Source of the DNA: Paramoeba atlantica
Taxonomy: Eukaryota > Protista > Discosea
Reading direction: 5' to 3'
Assembly (NCBI GenBank): GCA_977017575.1
Contig: CDRNVI010000032.1
Coordinates: 254,075 to 318,074, forward strand
DNA length: 64,000 nt
The notes below the pieces were generated by a model. That model saw only the letters and a list, made by a program, of their open reading frames with translations, had not been told where the DNA came from and ran no database searches. The position numbers and the translations under genes are program-made. Below are positions 30,976 to 41,277 of this stretch, one piece after another (the stretch's first letter is position 1; every line of letters starts with the position of its first letter).

Positions 30976-31384
30976 ATGACATTGCTTACGTGACCTGTTG
31001 AATATAGCAATAAGATTTTGAAGACAAAAATATATGCATTTAGGTCTACACCTCAGTAATAAAATTTAGTGAAAATGGACTTTACTGGGACAGGTTCTCC
31101 CGATTTGGTTCTGAGATTCGATAAACGTTTAATAAATGTTCTTGCATCTTAGAGGGTGTTCCAAAACACCTGTGCATGGAGTCGAGCGACCGTCAATCTC
31201 TGTTTTGAGGTGATACCAGAGATTCCCAGTGGGATTGTGATGCGGAGGCCACCCCAGAAGCGTAAACGACTCATTAGCAAAGAAGATTTTGTCATTTGGG
31301 GTTAAGAGATTGCTCGACTGACGACAGAATTAGGTTAGAAACTCTCAAGGTACGAAAGTAGTTAAGAAATAAAGCTTCTGCACC

Positions 31385-32389
31385 CTACGTTGAGAGCACA
31401 ATTCTTTGAGTTCTGTTCATGGATCGCTCTCCCAATATCCTTATTACACACGGATTAGTCGTAATTTCATTATCCTTTATAATGTCTATATCTGTATAAA
31501 CAAAATCTTTAGGGTTACATGACGTCACGCAATTGAGGGCCCGTACAACGGGACGAATATTTTCAGAAATAGAACAAGGAAGGGAGGATACGCTCTCCCT
31601 TCTCCAATCATAGGTTTCATGCTCAGCGGATGCTTGAAAATTTCGTTTTCCTTTTATATTTTCATCAGCTAGAAGCTTTTGAGCCTCATTCCAAGATATT
31701 GTGTGTCGACATTTATCAAAACGTTGATTACGAGTGAAAGAAGTAACGTTCAATAGAATTGCACGCAATGGAAGTTGCGATGTGTCATTCATATGCCTTT
31801 GAAGGCTTCCAAGTATAGTTTCATTACTTTCAGATGTTTGTGCCGGATACGATGCTTGGGAGATAAAGAGCGGTTCTGGGGGAGAAGATTTTGTTACACG
31901 AGTGGCTAGAGAATCGTCGTATTGTAGAGATATTTTTTGTGAATTGTTCTTCATAAAAAAGTTGACACGTGAACCTTCAGCAGCTTGTAGGTAAAGATTA
32001 TGAAGCACATAACAGTTGAATATAGCAAGTGCAACCATTATCAATATTAAAAAAAGAACAATCATACCCTTTTCTTGCAGCAAATCTCGAAAACCATAAG
32101 GTTTTCGAGGGGCGTATACCCGGGGAATTCGGGGATCGTATTGCAGATTAATATTGGTATCTGAAGCAGCGGGGTGAAATCCCCACAAATTTGGGGCTGA
32201 TACTGTCGGCTCCAAGGAACGTTTTTTTAAAACTTCGTATGCCTCAGAAATCTCCTGAAATTTATTTTTACACCCCTTTGGAGTATCAGGATGATACTTT
32301 CCGGCCAACTCGCGATATTTTTCTTTTATTCGCTGAAGAGATGCGTCCGTATTCACACCAAGAATCAGAGCAGCTCGTACAGTGTTCAT
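31385..32389 (-). CDS. DnaJ-domain protein with a transmembrane segment
   Basis: N-terminal J domain with HPD ([12 protein letters not shown]...[11 protein letters not shown]) and a hydrophobic helix [16 protein letters not shown]. Confidence 0.85.
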   Translation of the reverse strand: MNTVRAALILGVNTDASLQRIKEKYRELAGKYHPDTPKGCKNKFQEISEAYEVLKKRSLEPTVSAPNLWGFHPAASDTNINLQYDPRIPRVYAPRKPYGFRDLLQEKGMIVLFLILIMVALAIFNCYVLHNLYLQAAEGSRVNFFMKNNSQKISLQYDDSLATRVTKSSPPEPLFISQASYPAQTSESNETILGSLQRHMNDTSQLPLRAILLNVTSFTRNQRFDKCRHTISWNEAQKLLADENIKGKRNFQASAEHETYDWRRESVSSLPCSISENIRPVVRALNCVTSCNPKDFVYTDIDIIKDNEITTNPCVIRILGERSMNRTQRIVLST

Positions 32390-32653
32390 TGATAAAGGCC
32401 CAAAGAATATACTTCATCGGGAATTCATATAAGCCAAGGACGTAACCATGATATTATATCAACAAAATAGAATTCTTATTTTTAATTGACTTCAATGAAT
32501 TGAATTCGAGCAAAATATCGTGACGAAATGAAACTTGCACCAAAAAGGGACCAAAATCAAGCAAAAATGAACGATAATTTCATTAAACGGCTACAGGCAT
32601 GTCCTTTTTCAAATTGATTTGATCGTTTTAGAAGTTAGACTGTATTAGCGAAA

Positions 32654-33445
32654 TCACGAAGTTGAACGATAGGCTCCGTAGCTGTACTTAAAATTTTGAT
32701 TAGGCGCTATAACTTTCCATGCATTGTGTTGGACATTGATCAATTTCATGCTCTTTGGGAGAGATCTTAAGTCTGCAACACCTTCAAATGTGTTACTCTG
32801 AAGCCATAAATGATGAATACCCTCAGTAAGTCGAGTAAGATCGAGTGACCCTGATAATTTATTACGACAAAGTCCAAGTTCACGAAGACTTGGGGGAAGA
32901 GTCGTTAAATCTATTTCTCCGTTGAAGCTATTGGTTTCCAAGTATAGAACACGCAATTGCGATGGCAGGGCCGTCAGATCTAACCCACCTGTAAATTTAT
33001 TTCCGCCGAGCTCAAACCGTTCAATTTTTTGAGGAAGGCTTCTTAAATCTACTGTGATCACCCCGCTGCTGTGGCACTGGTTTGTACAACAGGGGACACT
33101 GCTCAATTGGTTACTCCCAACTCGCAGGGATTGAGTGCTTCGAGGAAGGAAATCCCAGTTTAAAAAACCTTTTAAAGGCGGCCCATGCGCTTTTCTTTTC
33201 CACGAATCCCAATCAATGTGTTTCATATGCCCAGAATCGTCACACTGCACGCCTTTCCATGTACATCCTGGTGTGGAATCATTCCACGTCGGGTGTCTAC
33301 ATTCTACAGTATGCAGGAAACGATCTAACTGATATTCGAGAGGAAGAAGTGATGCCTCAATTTTATGCGCCCTGGCGCGTCGTGGTGCCTGAGAGCAAGA
33401 AGTATCCGCGAGTCTAAACACTACAATCTCAAGCGGAATAAGCAT
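32654..33445 (-). CDS. Short leucine-rich-repeat protein (paralog of 28362-29093)
   Basis: Cap CTWKGVQCD...IDW, followed by LDLTALPSQL, IDLTTLPPSL and LDLTRL repeats. Confidence 0.85.
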   Translation of the reverse strand: MLIPLEIVVFRLADTSCSQAPRRARAHKIEASLLPLEYQLDRFLHTVECRHPTWNDSTPGCTWKGVQCDDSGHMKHIDWDSWKRKAHGPPLKGFLNWDFLPRSTQSLRVGSNQLSSVPCCTNQCHSSGVITVDLRSLPQKIERFELGGNKFTGGLDLTALPSQLRVLYLETNSFNGEIDLTTLPPSLRELGLCRNKLSGSLDLTRLTEGIHHLWLQSNTFEGVADLRSLPKSMKLINVQHNAWKVIAPNQNFKYSYGAYRSTS

Positions 33446-33862
33446 TTTATATTGACGAACAATATTCTATCCTTTTAATATCCATGTGGCTAGATAACAT
33501 TCTTACCCTTATTACTTGTAAGTAATACTTATTACTTGTAAGTGCATGCAAGGGGCTGCGGGGGAGGTCCAAACGATACCACGCGAGATTGCGTGAGATC
33601 ACCCGCAGCCTCTCATGTGTATCGTAAATCTTTATAACTTGAACATGTATATTCGTGCGCAGAGTTTATATAATTTGCGTTGATGAACTAAGTTGAAGGA
33701 ATCTCTGCTAACGGAATATTAACGTTACCAAAGATAAATATGACTTAGTTTTTGTGTCTGAAATAGATAGATACCTTAAGGAATGTCTCTCCCCAGACAC
33801 TAATCAAAAGACAGTAAACTAGAATAGAGTACGATGAGTGTTTCCCATCGAGTACAGTAAAC

Positions 33863-34888
33863 TCATGCGGAAATCGTTTCCCATGCGGAACCCATATTTA
33901 CTTTCAGAAGTTCCGCTCCCGGACTTTCCAAATAACTTTTGTCAAATACATGAACGCGCACCATACCGTCCTCTCCCCCCGTTGTGAAGCCTCTCCCTAA
34001 AGGATGGAAAGCAACCGCGTTAATTGGAGAGAAATGCTCACAAATTCCACCTAAATATTTTCCAGTGACTTTATGACAAAACCGGGACTCAAAATGACTC
34101 CCCCGAATATTTGTCACACTCTGGGCATCCTCCCCGCCACCCAACAACACATGATGTGCCTGAGGCGCCAGATCCGCATCCAGCACGTGTTTCCCCTTTT
34201 CGTGCTCATACGTTTGTATCACCTCCAACGTACGAGAATCAAGCAATTTCGCCGTGGAATCCGCCCCACATGACAACAACGTTGAATACTCTGCATCCCA
34301 CTTCAATCGGTACGCTATGCCATTATGAATTTGAGCTTTACGAACAACCTGCCCCGTGGAGGTATCCGCAACCCCGACCATCCCATCCTCACAGGCGAAA
34401 TACACCGACTCGTTTGTCGGGCCAAACCGTGCGCTACGAATCACACTCTCACTCTCGATCCGTAACGCCGGGACGTACTCCCCTTTCCAAGTTACGGGAT
34501 CGGGAGGGAGATGAAACAGATTCACTGCGGGGGTTTGACGAAATTGGGCATTCGTAACCGCCAGCAGGTGGGTGTCCCCGTGACTGAGTTCAACCGCCTT
34601 CACGGCGGTGGGCATCTCAACAGCTGCGACGGACTCCCCGGTAGAGACGCTCCAGAGCCGCCAGTGTTGGTCTCCCCCTCCGGTGGCGAGGAGCGTGGAG
34701 GTGTAGTTGACGGCACAGCACCACACCGCACCCTTGTGGCCGCGGTAGGACCCGAGCAGGGCTCCGGTGGTGGGGGACCAGACCAGGGGGACGTTGTCCA
34801 GGGCGGTGGTGAACAGGAGGTCGCCCTCGGGGTTGTAGGTGAGGGATTGGATGGATTTGGAGTGTCCGTGGAGGACAAACGTTTTCAT
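33863..34888 (-). CDS. EIF3I: Translation initiation factor eIF3 subunit i (WD40)
   Basis: MKTFVLHGHSKSIQSLTYNPEGDLLFT...LGSYRGHKGAVW and HFSPINAVAFHP.G..FTTGGEDGMVRVH.FD.SY. Confidence 0.9.
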   Translation of the reverse strand: MKTFVLHGHSKSIQSLTYNPEGDLLFTTALDNVPLVWSPTTGALLGSYRGHKGAVWCCAVNYTSTLLATGGGDQHWRLWSVSTGESVAAVEMPTAVKAVELSHGDTHLLAVTNAQFRQTPAVNLFHLPPDPVTWKGEYVPALRIESESVIRSARFGPTNESVYFACEDGMVGVADTSTGQVVRKAQIHNGIAYRLKWDAEYSTLLSCGADSTAKLLDSRTLEVIQTYEHEKGKHVLDADLAPQAHHVLLGGGEDAQSVTNIRGSHFESRFCHKVTGKYLGGICEHFSPINAVAFHPLGRGFTTGGEDGMVRVHVFDKSYLESPGAELLKVNMGSAWETISA

Positions 34889-34920
34889 TGGGGGGCGGGA
34901 TAAGGAGGAGGAGGAAGGAT
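34100..34920. other. GC-rich skew-switch island 5
   Basis: The + strand is C-rich at ~34110-34500 and G-rich at ~34680-34920, crossing the eIF3i start. Confidence 0.65.
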
Positions 34921-35188
34921 AATACAGAAAAAATGAAAGGAAATGTATTTTTGAAAGGGTTTTGGAGGATCATAAGTACGAAAATATTGATAAGGAATCG
35001 ACAAAAGGGAATAGATAAACAGTGTCTCGGCTTCTCTGGTACAATACAGGCGTACTGTACTGTAGGGATAGTGAAAACAAAACATAATTCGTGTTCGTAA
35101 TTCTCAATTGTAAATTCGATACTAAATATAATGAAAGCGATATTGCTACACCGAGATCTCCCAGCAATGTCGGCAATTCGAGTTCGAA

Positions 35189-35953
35189 TTAGGAAAGCCC
35201 GAACTCATCCGCCATATCGTCAGAAATGTCGCTGTCATCATCCACTTCGTAATTACTCCCCGAATCATCGGTGCTCATATCGCTTTCCTCCTCCTCTTCA
35301 GAATCACTTGTCGTTTCTGATGACAATTCCTCCACACGATCTCCCGAGGGGCTTTTCTCCCATCTGGCCTTCGAACGGCCCTCCTCCTGCATGTTCTGAA
35401 GAACCTCATCGATCGGCATTTCGGCTTCTGCCATCATACGTCTTTTCAAATCCTCCCAGTCCTCACCTACCGCAAACTGCTCTTCATCCTCGGAAGTCTC
35501 ATCCGAGACGTCATGCCCTGTCGGAGGCTCGCAAGTGTCGCCGTCACCCCACTTCAGTCCGGACTCCACCAACAGCTCCTCCCAGAAGTGTCGTAATTCC
35601 AGAGCCTTCTTGAACTCTTCCCCGGATTCGGGGTAATACGCGACGGCGTTGATAAAAACACGATCAACGTCCGTAATAAACTCAGAATGAGAGGCATAGC
35701 CTTCCTCGCTAACAATCCGGTCCGCAATCACAGAGAAATCGATAGGGTGTTCCACATAAGAGCGGTATTCAGGATGCAAATTGTCATCCACGGGCTTTGA
35801 AAACCGTTTATCCGGATCTTGTTGCTCCAGGCGCTGAAGCAAGTCGCAGTGCAACCGGCGGTCTCCTTGGAGTGCAGAGTTCGAAACTAACGAGGAACCA
35901 GTATCCTTTTCGGAAGCCTCTCTCACTCGTTTCGTAGGATGTGTTTGGGTCAT
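35189..35953 (-). CDS. Bromodomain protein with an acidic C-terminus
   Basis: FSKPVD...PEY...VEHPIDFSVIADRI...Y...FITDVDRVFINAVAYY. Confidence 0.85.
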   Translation of the reverse strand: MTQTHPTKRVREASEKDTGSSLVSNSALQGDRRLHCDLLQRLEQQDPDKRFSKPVDDNLHPEYRSYVEHPIDFSVIADRIVSEEGYASHSEFITDVDRVFINAVAYYPESGEEFKKALELRHFWEELLVESGLKWGDGDTCEPPTGHDVSDETSEDEEQFAVGEDWEDLKRRMMAEAEMPIDEVLQNMQEEGRSKARWEKSPSGDRVEELSSETTSDSEEEEESDMSTDDSGSNYEVDDDSDISDDMADEFGLS

Positions 35954-36499
35954 TCAAGTATCGAACACAGAAATGTAGGAGACTGTAACGAAAGAAAATC
36001 TAAATATTAAACTGATAAAAAAATGAATACCCTAGCTTTGGCCTCGGTTACCAAAGCCTGATGGGCAATTACCCCGTGTAACCGTACTTTAACCGTTATC
36101 CATGGAGCCGAGGAGATTAAAATGCCGCATTCTCATGGTCTTGTATGATACCAGTTTGATCCTTACTCGTAACCTCCCTCTCTTACGCTTATAGAAACTT
36201 GTACAACGCAGCATAAAAATGCACTACAATTCATAGTTCCTTTGATAATAAGTGAGTGGTTGGTATTTATTGTAAAGACACTTTTGTTATGAGTTGTACT
36301 ATAAATAATAATCGTATGACACGTTCTCTTTCGTACGTATGCATTAAATTGATATAAAACAAAATATGTGTAGCAATTTTCTGACTTCGAAACATTATGA
36401 ATTCATGGACGATTAGCTTAAATACCTATTTAAAAAAGTATTTTCCTGACAAGCACATAGATAATAAGAAATAAGCGTTTTTATCAAGACTTTCCCTTT

Positions 36500-38428
36500 T
36501 TACCTCGATCGACGAGTTCCCAAGGACATTTTCCCAGTATACAAATGTTTAGGTTTCAGTGTAGGGACGCTACGGTCGGCCTCACCCTTACGTCCTTGAT
36601 TGGACCACTTACGCGAGTCTCGACGTGACAATGACACGGCACGCATTTTTTGTGACACGTCTTTGTACCCTTCCCCTCGTCTGACGCTCATAGATCGGTC
36701 TGCAGAACGATTCCGAGAAGATAATGAGCGAGTACGACCTGTGCTGAGATGCGCGCTAGATGCCCTTTCCTTCTCTAGCGCTTGCTCAGCTCGAGTGCTA
36801 CGCCCTCTCTTTTGAACCTCCTTGCCACTCGGGTTCTGCCCACCAATGTTTTCCCGCTGTTTTTCTATTGCTGCTTTCATTTGTTTGGATTTAGGAGCAG
36901 ATGATGAGCGTGTCTTTTCAACCGCTCGTTCCATTTTTCGGATAGCAATTTTCGAGCGAATAATTTGTACTGCCAGTTTCGCCTTGGAATCTACTTTGGT
37001 CAATTTCTTAGTAGATTCTTCCTCTTTCTCCTTTTGCAGCTGATTTTCTTCTTCGATCTCAAGTTGGATAAGCTGTTCTTCGATGTCAGGGTCAATAAAA
37101 TCTTGAATATTCATTCCATCCATAATTTCAGGAACGACATCATCTTTCCAGACCTCCTCTTTCAAAATATAATGCTTACTTAACTTCGGAAAATACACCC
37201 CAGGTCCACCATTTTCTGCTTCATAATCTTTCTCGGTCTTCATGGGTGGAGGTGCTCCGCTTTTTCTCTCTTCCACCACGGATTCGGGAATATATGCGGG
37301 ACGGTCAATGTTGTCTCTACGCTTTGGCAGTGCGCAATATAAACGATTTTGAAGGGTACCCTCCTTGGCTCGAAGTTGCTTTTCACCCATTCTTGCACGA
37401 AGCAACTGTTCGCATGCCATGACCTTAAGGTCTCCAACCGCATCGTCTCTCAGCGTGCTTGTTTCAATTGTTTGCACATTAGGGCCGGTATTCTGAAGCA
37501 TCTGTTCAAGCATCGCCTTCTCCTGCGGTGCAAGTTGGTCGCGCCGACAAAGATCAGATTTGTTAAATACAATGACAAGTGGTTTCCCAGCAAACAAAGG
37601 CTGGATGTTGTGAAAAAGTGAACACTGAGCCTCTACAGAATAACCACATTGCGCAGAGAGATCCATAAAGTACAACACAGTGGCTTGTAAATGAGCCAGC
37701 GCAGTGATAGATTGCATTTCAATCACATTGCGTTCATCCAAGGAGTGATCTAGAATCCCAGGAGTGTCGATTACTTGCCAAGGCATGTAGTTATACTCCG
37801 TATGCCCGACGTAGAGCGATTTTGTGGTAAAAGCATACGGTTGAACCTCTACATCAGCGCGACTAACCTTATTCAGAAAACTAGACTTTCCCACATTAGG
37901 AAACCCACAGATCAAAAGTGTGCGAGTGTTTGGATCAATTGCAGGGAGACGGGATAAATGCTGGCGCACTTGCTCCAAGTAGGACAGTGTAGGCCCCAAC
38001 TTTTTCAACACTGTAGCCATACGTCCCAGTGCAGCTCTCTTTACCTGTTTACAACGGTACATGGAGTCCCCATACTTCAGCAAACGGACGTAATCCCGAC
38101 AGATAACCCCTACAATGTGTCGTACAGATGAGATTTGCCCCAGCGCGACTTTGTAGTGATCCTTATCGTAAAGCACATTCATCAAGTCGGAATAAAAAGG
38201 GTGTACGTCATCCATTTTAGGAAACTCTTCCAAGATTTTTGTGAGCCGCTCATGTATCGTTTGTTGCGTAAATTTGACTTTTCGGAGATAAAATTTACGA
38301 ATCCGGGCAATTTCATAGTTCCTATGTATCACAGTAGGAGTTTTGCGCTGAGTTTTGCTAAGCACGATATCTACTAAATCCTGGGAAGAACTTGGTATAG
38401 GCGTAATACCTTTGAAGTTGTAGGCCAT
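36500..38428 (-). CDS. NOG1: Nucleolar GTP-binding protein NOG1
   Basis: VLSKTQRKTPTVIH, CGFPNVGKSSF, YAFTTKSL, DTPGILD and the C-terminal KPKHLYTGK..G.R..R. Confidence 0.97.
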   Translation of the reverse strand: MAYNFKGITPIPSSSQDLVDIVLSKTQRKTPTVIHRNYEIARIRKFYLRKVKFTQQTIHERLTKILEEFPKMDDVHPFYSDLMNVLYDKDHYKVALGQISSVRHIVGVICRDYVRLLKYGDSMYRCKQVKRAALGRMATVLKKLGPTLSYLEQVRQHLSRLPAIDPNTRTLLICGFPNVGKSSFLNKVSRADVEVQPYAFTTKSLYVGHTEYNYMPWQVIDTPGILDHSLDERNVIEMQSITALAHLQATVLYFMDLSAQCGYSVEAQCSLFHNIQPLFAGKPLVIVFNKSDLCRRDQLAPQEKAMLEQMLQNTGPNVQTIETSTLRDDAVGDLKVMACEQLLRARMGEKQLRAKEGTLQNRLYCALPKRRDNIDRPAYIPESVVEERKSGAPPPMKTEKDYEAENGGPGVYFPKLSKHYILKEEVWKDDVVPEIMDGMNIQDFIDPDIEEQLIQLEIEEENQLQKEKEEESTKKLTKVDSKAKLAVQIIRSKIAIRKMERAVEKTRSSSAPKSKQMKAAIEKQRENIGGQNPSGKEVQKRGRSTRAEQALEKERASSAHLSTGRTRSLSSRNRSADRSMSVRRGEGYKDVSQKMRAVSLSRRDSRKWSNQGRKGEADRSVPTLKPKHLYTGKMSLGTRRSR

Positions 38429-38720
38429 GAATTGAGATAAAGAGAAAAAAATTCAGAAAAGTAGTTATTCAGAGTGACGTGATGTTTTCTATAAGAAATT
38501 CATTGATACGATATTCGTCACTGATATGCTAGATACAGTAAAATTTTATTCGTGGTCAGTCGGCAAGGATTTCACCATTATAAATTGCAATGCCACAGAA
38601 AGACCCCGAAAATCAAAATATCAGGATGATATGAATTATCGTTTGTGAAAGAATATAAACAAAATTACGTTGCACATTTTAATCATGTACAAATCATGTG
38701 TGCAATTGAAAACACAGAAG

Positions 38721-39995
38721 CTATAAAGGTGCTTCACTCTTGCTTGAGCCACTCGAAGGGCTTACGACGATGCTTGGAGAAGTGGAGCTTTCCGAATTGG
38801 AAGGTGTGCCACTATTGTTCTCCGAAGCGATTCGAGTGTCTTCCGTCTCCTCCTCAGATAAACAAGTATTGCTGCTTCGCCCAGCATAGCTATTCATTAC
38901 CTCCACAGAGCATCCCATGCCTTTGGGAGGCTTTGTTAAAGGAAAGCGTCGATGAAACTTTATGGATTCCTCTACGATTGCACGCTTTACGTCTCGTATT
39001 GTTGCATAGTCAGACTCTCGAAAAGCGAAGGGTACCACTTGAACTTGTGTGTCTGACTCGTCGTAAAGCTCCGTAAAATATGGATGTTTAAGGGCTTGAT
39101 CAACTGTAATACGATTCTTTGGGTGAAATTTAAGAAGTTTCTCTAACAGATCCACGGCAAGCGGATTCGCCTGAGGATAGCGTTCCGTGAAATCCACCGG
39201 ATTGCGACTTGATTTTCGCATCACGTAGCGTTGTGCCGCGGTACTTCCCAGACTCAAAACCTCCTCCTCGGGAGGGGTTCCAGTGATGTCCAATATCTTA
39301 TCCAGTTGGTTGACTCGATCCTTTCCCGGGAAGAGCGGTTTGGAGCCCAACAGCTCGCCTAAGATACAGCCTACTCCCCAGACGTCGACTTGAGCGTCAT
39401 AGTGCCGGTGTTCCATTACCAGATCAGGGGCTCTGTACCATCGCATGGTGACGTAGTCCGTGCGTTCCGCCCCTTCCGTCTCCTCCTTGGCAAGCCCAAA
39501 GTCACAAATCTTCAAGTCGCAGTTCGTGTTGACAAGAATGTTAGATGGAGTGACGTCTCGGTGAATCACGCCAGCGCTGTGAATGACCTTTAGCGCCCGC
39601 AGGGCTTGGTAGAGAAAAAACTGAATGTGGGCATCTGTGAGTTTTTGATTCGACCGCAGTACCTGCTTTAGATCGGTTTCCATCATATCCATCACAAGAT
39701 AAAACTCCGTGAACTCTTCTGTCGGTGGGGAGAGAATGTTGCGGATCCCGACAATATTTTCGTCGTGAAAATGGGATAAGAGTTTAATCTCCCGGAGGAT
39801 GCGTAGAGCAAGAATGGTCTCGGCAAAAATTTCACTGTTTATTCGTTTGATCGCTACTTGGCAGTTATCTGTGGTGTCACGGGCCCGAATCACCATTCCA
39901 TAGCTTCCATGTCCTATAATCTTTTCCAGACGGTAGCGAGGGTCTAGAGCATCAACCTCCTCCTGTAATTCACCCAAGTTTCGTGGGACCGGCAT
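38721..39995 (-). CDS. MPK5: MAP kinase with a TDY activation loop, kinetoplastid MPK5-like (start re-assigned to MPVPRNLGELQEE)
   Basis: GHGSYG, HRDVTPSNILVNTNCDLKICDFGLAKEE and TDYVTMRWYRAP. The upstream 24 codons of the supplied ORF read like a pyrimidine-rich UTR. Confidence 0.85.
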   Translation of the reverse strand: MPVPRNLGELQEEVDALDPRYRLEKIIGHGSYGMVIRARDTTDNCQVAIKRINSEIFAETILALRILREIKLLSHFHDENIVGIRNILSPPTEEFTEFYLVMDMMETDLKQVLRSNQKLTDAHIQFFLYQALRALKVIHSAGVIHRDVTPSNILVNTNCDLKICDFGLAKEETEGAERTDYVTMRWYRAPDLVMEHRHYDAQVDVWGVGCILGELLGSKPLFPGKDRVNQLDKILDITGTPPEEEVLSLGSTAAQRYVMRKSSRNPVDFTERYPQANPLAVDLLEKLLKFHPKNRITVDQALKHPYFTELYDESDTQVQVVPFAFRESDYATIRDVKRAIVEESIKFHRRFPLTKPPKGMGCSVEVMNSYAGRSSNTCLSEEETEDTRIASENNSGTPSNSESSTSPSIVVSPSSGSSKSEAPL

Positions 39996-40089
39996 GTAGT
40001 ATGGAAATAAAAAAGAAAAAAAAATACGGATTGTAAGTTTCCCAAAGCATACCCCACGAAAACACACACACCCCTATCCACTCATGGAA

Positions 40090-41060
40090 TACCCCTATCA
40101 TCCAAAAAGTTCAAAAGCCAACCTTTATCTTCCCCATCTCGAACACACATCTGCCCACCCCCCCTTCTTTCAAAAGCACAAAGCCTTCTCCCAACCCCCC
40201 TCTTTCCCTCACAACCCCCTCACCACCTCCTCCACCTCCCCCTCCCCCAGCACCCTCACCCTCCCCGTCCCCTTCTCCACCACCACCACCTCCACATTCC
40301 CCCCCCGCACCCCCTCCTCCATCACCCCCTGCAGCACCCCCACCGCCAGCGCCACCCCCTCCCCCAGCCCCATCCCCGGGCGGTACCTCTCCGCCAGCAC
40401 CCCCCGCGCCCCCTCCGCCCCCGCCCCCACCGCCGCCGCCTCCTCCCGCCAGTACGTCCCGCTGGGGTCCGTGGACCACAGCGAGACCCCCGCCGCGGGG
40501 TCCACCCCCCCGACCAGCAGCGCGACCCCGTAGGGGCGGGACATCGCGGGGGGGGGGCGGGTCGAGCCCTTGTTGTTGTCCTTCCGGGGTTGGCTCTCCC
40601 CGAAGCGGAGCGCGAGGTCGCAGGTGGCGCGGGTGAGGGACTCGGCGGGGAGGGGCTCGTTGTAGGTGAGGGTGTGGGCGGTGGCGAGGGCGCGGGCGTG
40701 GTGGACGAGGGTGTGGGCGTCGGCGGTCATGCCGGAGACGACGGCGGCGAGGTGGTGGTCGAGGGCCACGATCTTGTGCACGGAGGGGGGGAGGAGGAGG
40801 GGGGAGGGGAGGCGACGCTCGGCGGCGAGGACCACGCCGTCGGGGGTGGTGAGGCCGAGACCGGTGGCGCCGAGGGTGATGGCTTTGCGGGCGTACTCGA
40901 TTTGGAAGAGCCGGCCCTCGGGGGAGAAGGTGTTGACCCCGTGGTCGTACTCGGAACGGGCACCGAACATGGAGGGGAGGGAGGGGAGGGAAAAGGAAGA
41001 AAGGAGAAGAGGGAAAAGAAAGGGAAAGAAGGGAGAAATAATGCGCTGGGGAAGGGTTGA
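40090..41060. other. GC-rich skew-switch island 6 (the strongest)
   Basis: The + strand is dominated by C-runs at 40150-40530 and by G-runs at 40531-41060, with a sharp switch at ACCCCGTAGGGG (~40525-40536). It covers PSMA5 and both flanks. Confidence 0.85.
40209..40970 (-). CDS. PSMA5: 20S proteasome alpha-5 subunit (start re-assigned to MFGARSEYD)
   Basis: RSEYDHGVNTFSPEGRLFQIEYA, GVVLAAERR, MSRPYGVALLVGGVD and DPSGTY. Confidence 0.93.
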   Translation of the reverse strand: MFGARSEYDHGVNTFSPEGRLFQIEYARKAITLGATGLGLTTPDGVVLAAERRLPSPLLLPPSVHKIVALDHHLAAVVSGMTADAHTLVHHARALATAHTLTYNEPLPAESLTRATCDLALRFGESQPRKDNNKGSTRPPPAMSRPYGVALLVGGVDPAAGVSLWSTDPSGTYWREEAAAVGAGAEGARGVLAERYRPGMGLGEGVALAVGVLQGVMEEGVRGGNVEVVVVEKGTGRVRVLGEGEVEEVVRGL

Positions 41061-41277
41061 GGGAATGTTACTTGATGGTGTACTGTAAGACAAGGTATAC
41101 CCGTTTTATCCTTTGTCGACAAAGTTAGAAACGAAGAATAGGAGGAAAAACTCAGAACAGACTCTGTTACTCGGCATCACCTACCTGATATAAAGGCTAA
41201 TAAAACGAAGCACATGTGTGTTTCAAGGCGAACCATACTTACACGTAGCTCCCCACGTACCTGTGACGCGATATTCT

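Noticed and set aside
36040-36180. Possible snoRNA between the bromodomain gene and NOG1
   Set aside because: Only short inverted repeats (CCTCGG/CCGAGG, GGTTAC/GTAACC) were seen, with no convincing C/D or AGA boxes.
40084-41122. Poly-Gly, poly-Pro and Thr/Ser-rich ORFs overlapping PSMA5, with similar shadows over TUBG, KREPB-like, CRY and eIF3i
   Set aside because: They are by-products of stop-codon-poor GC islands in alternative frames of well-supported genes.
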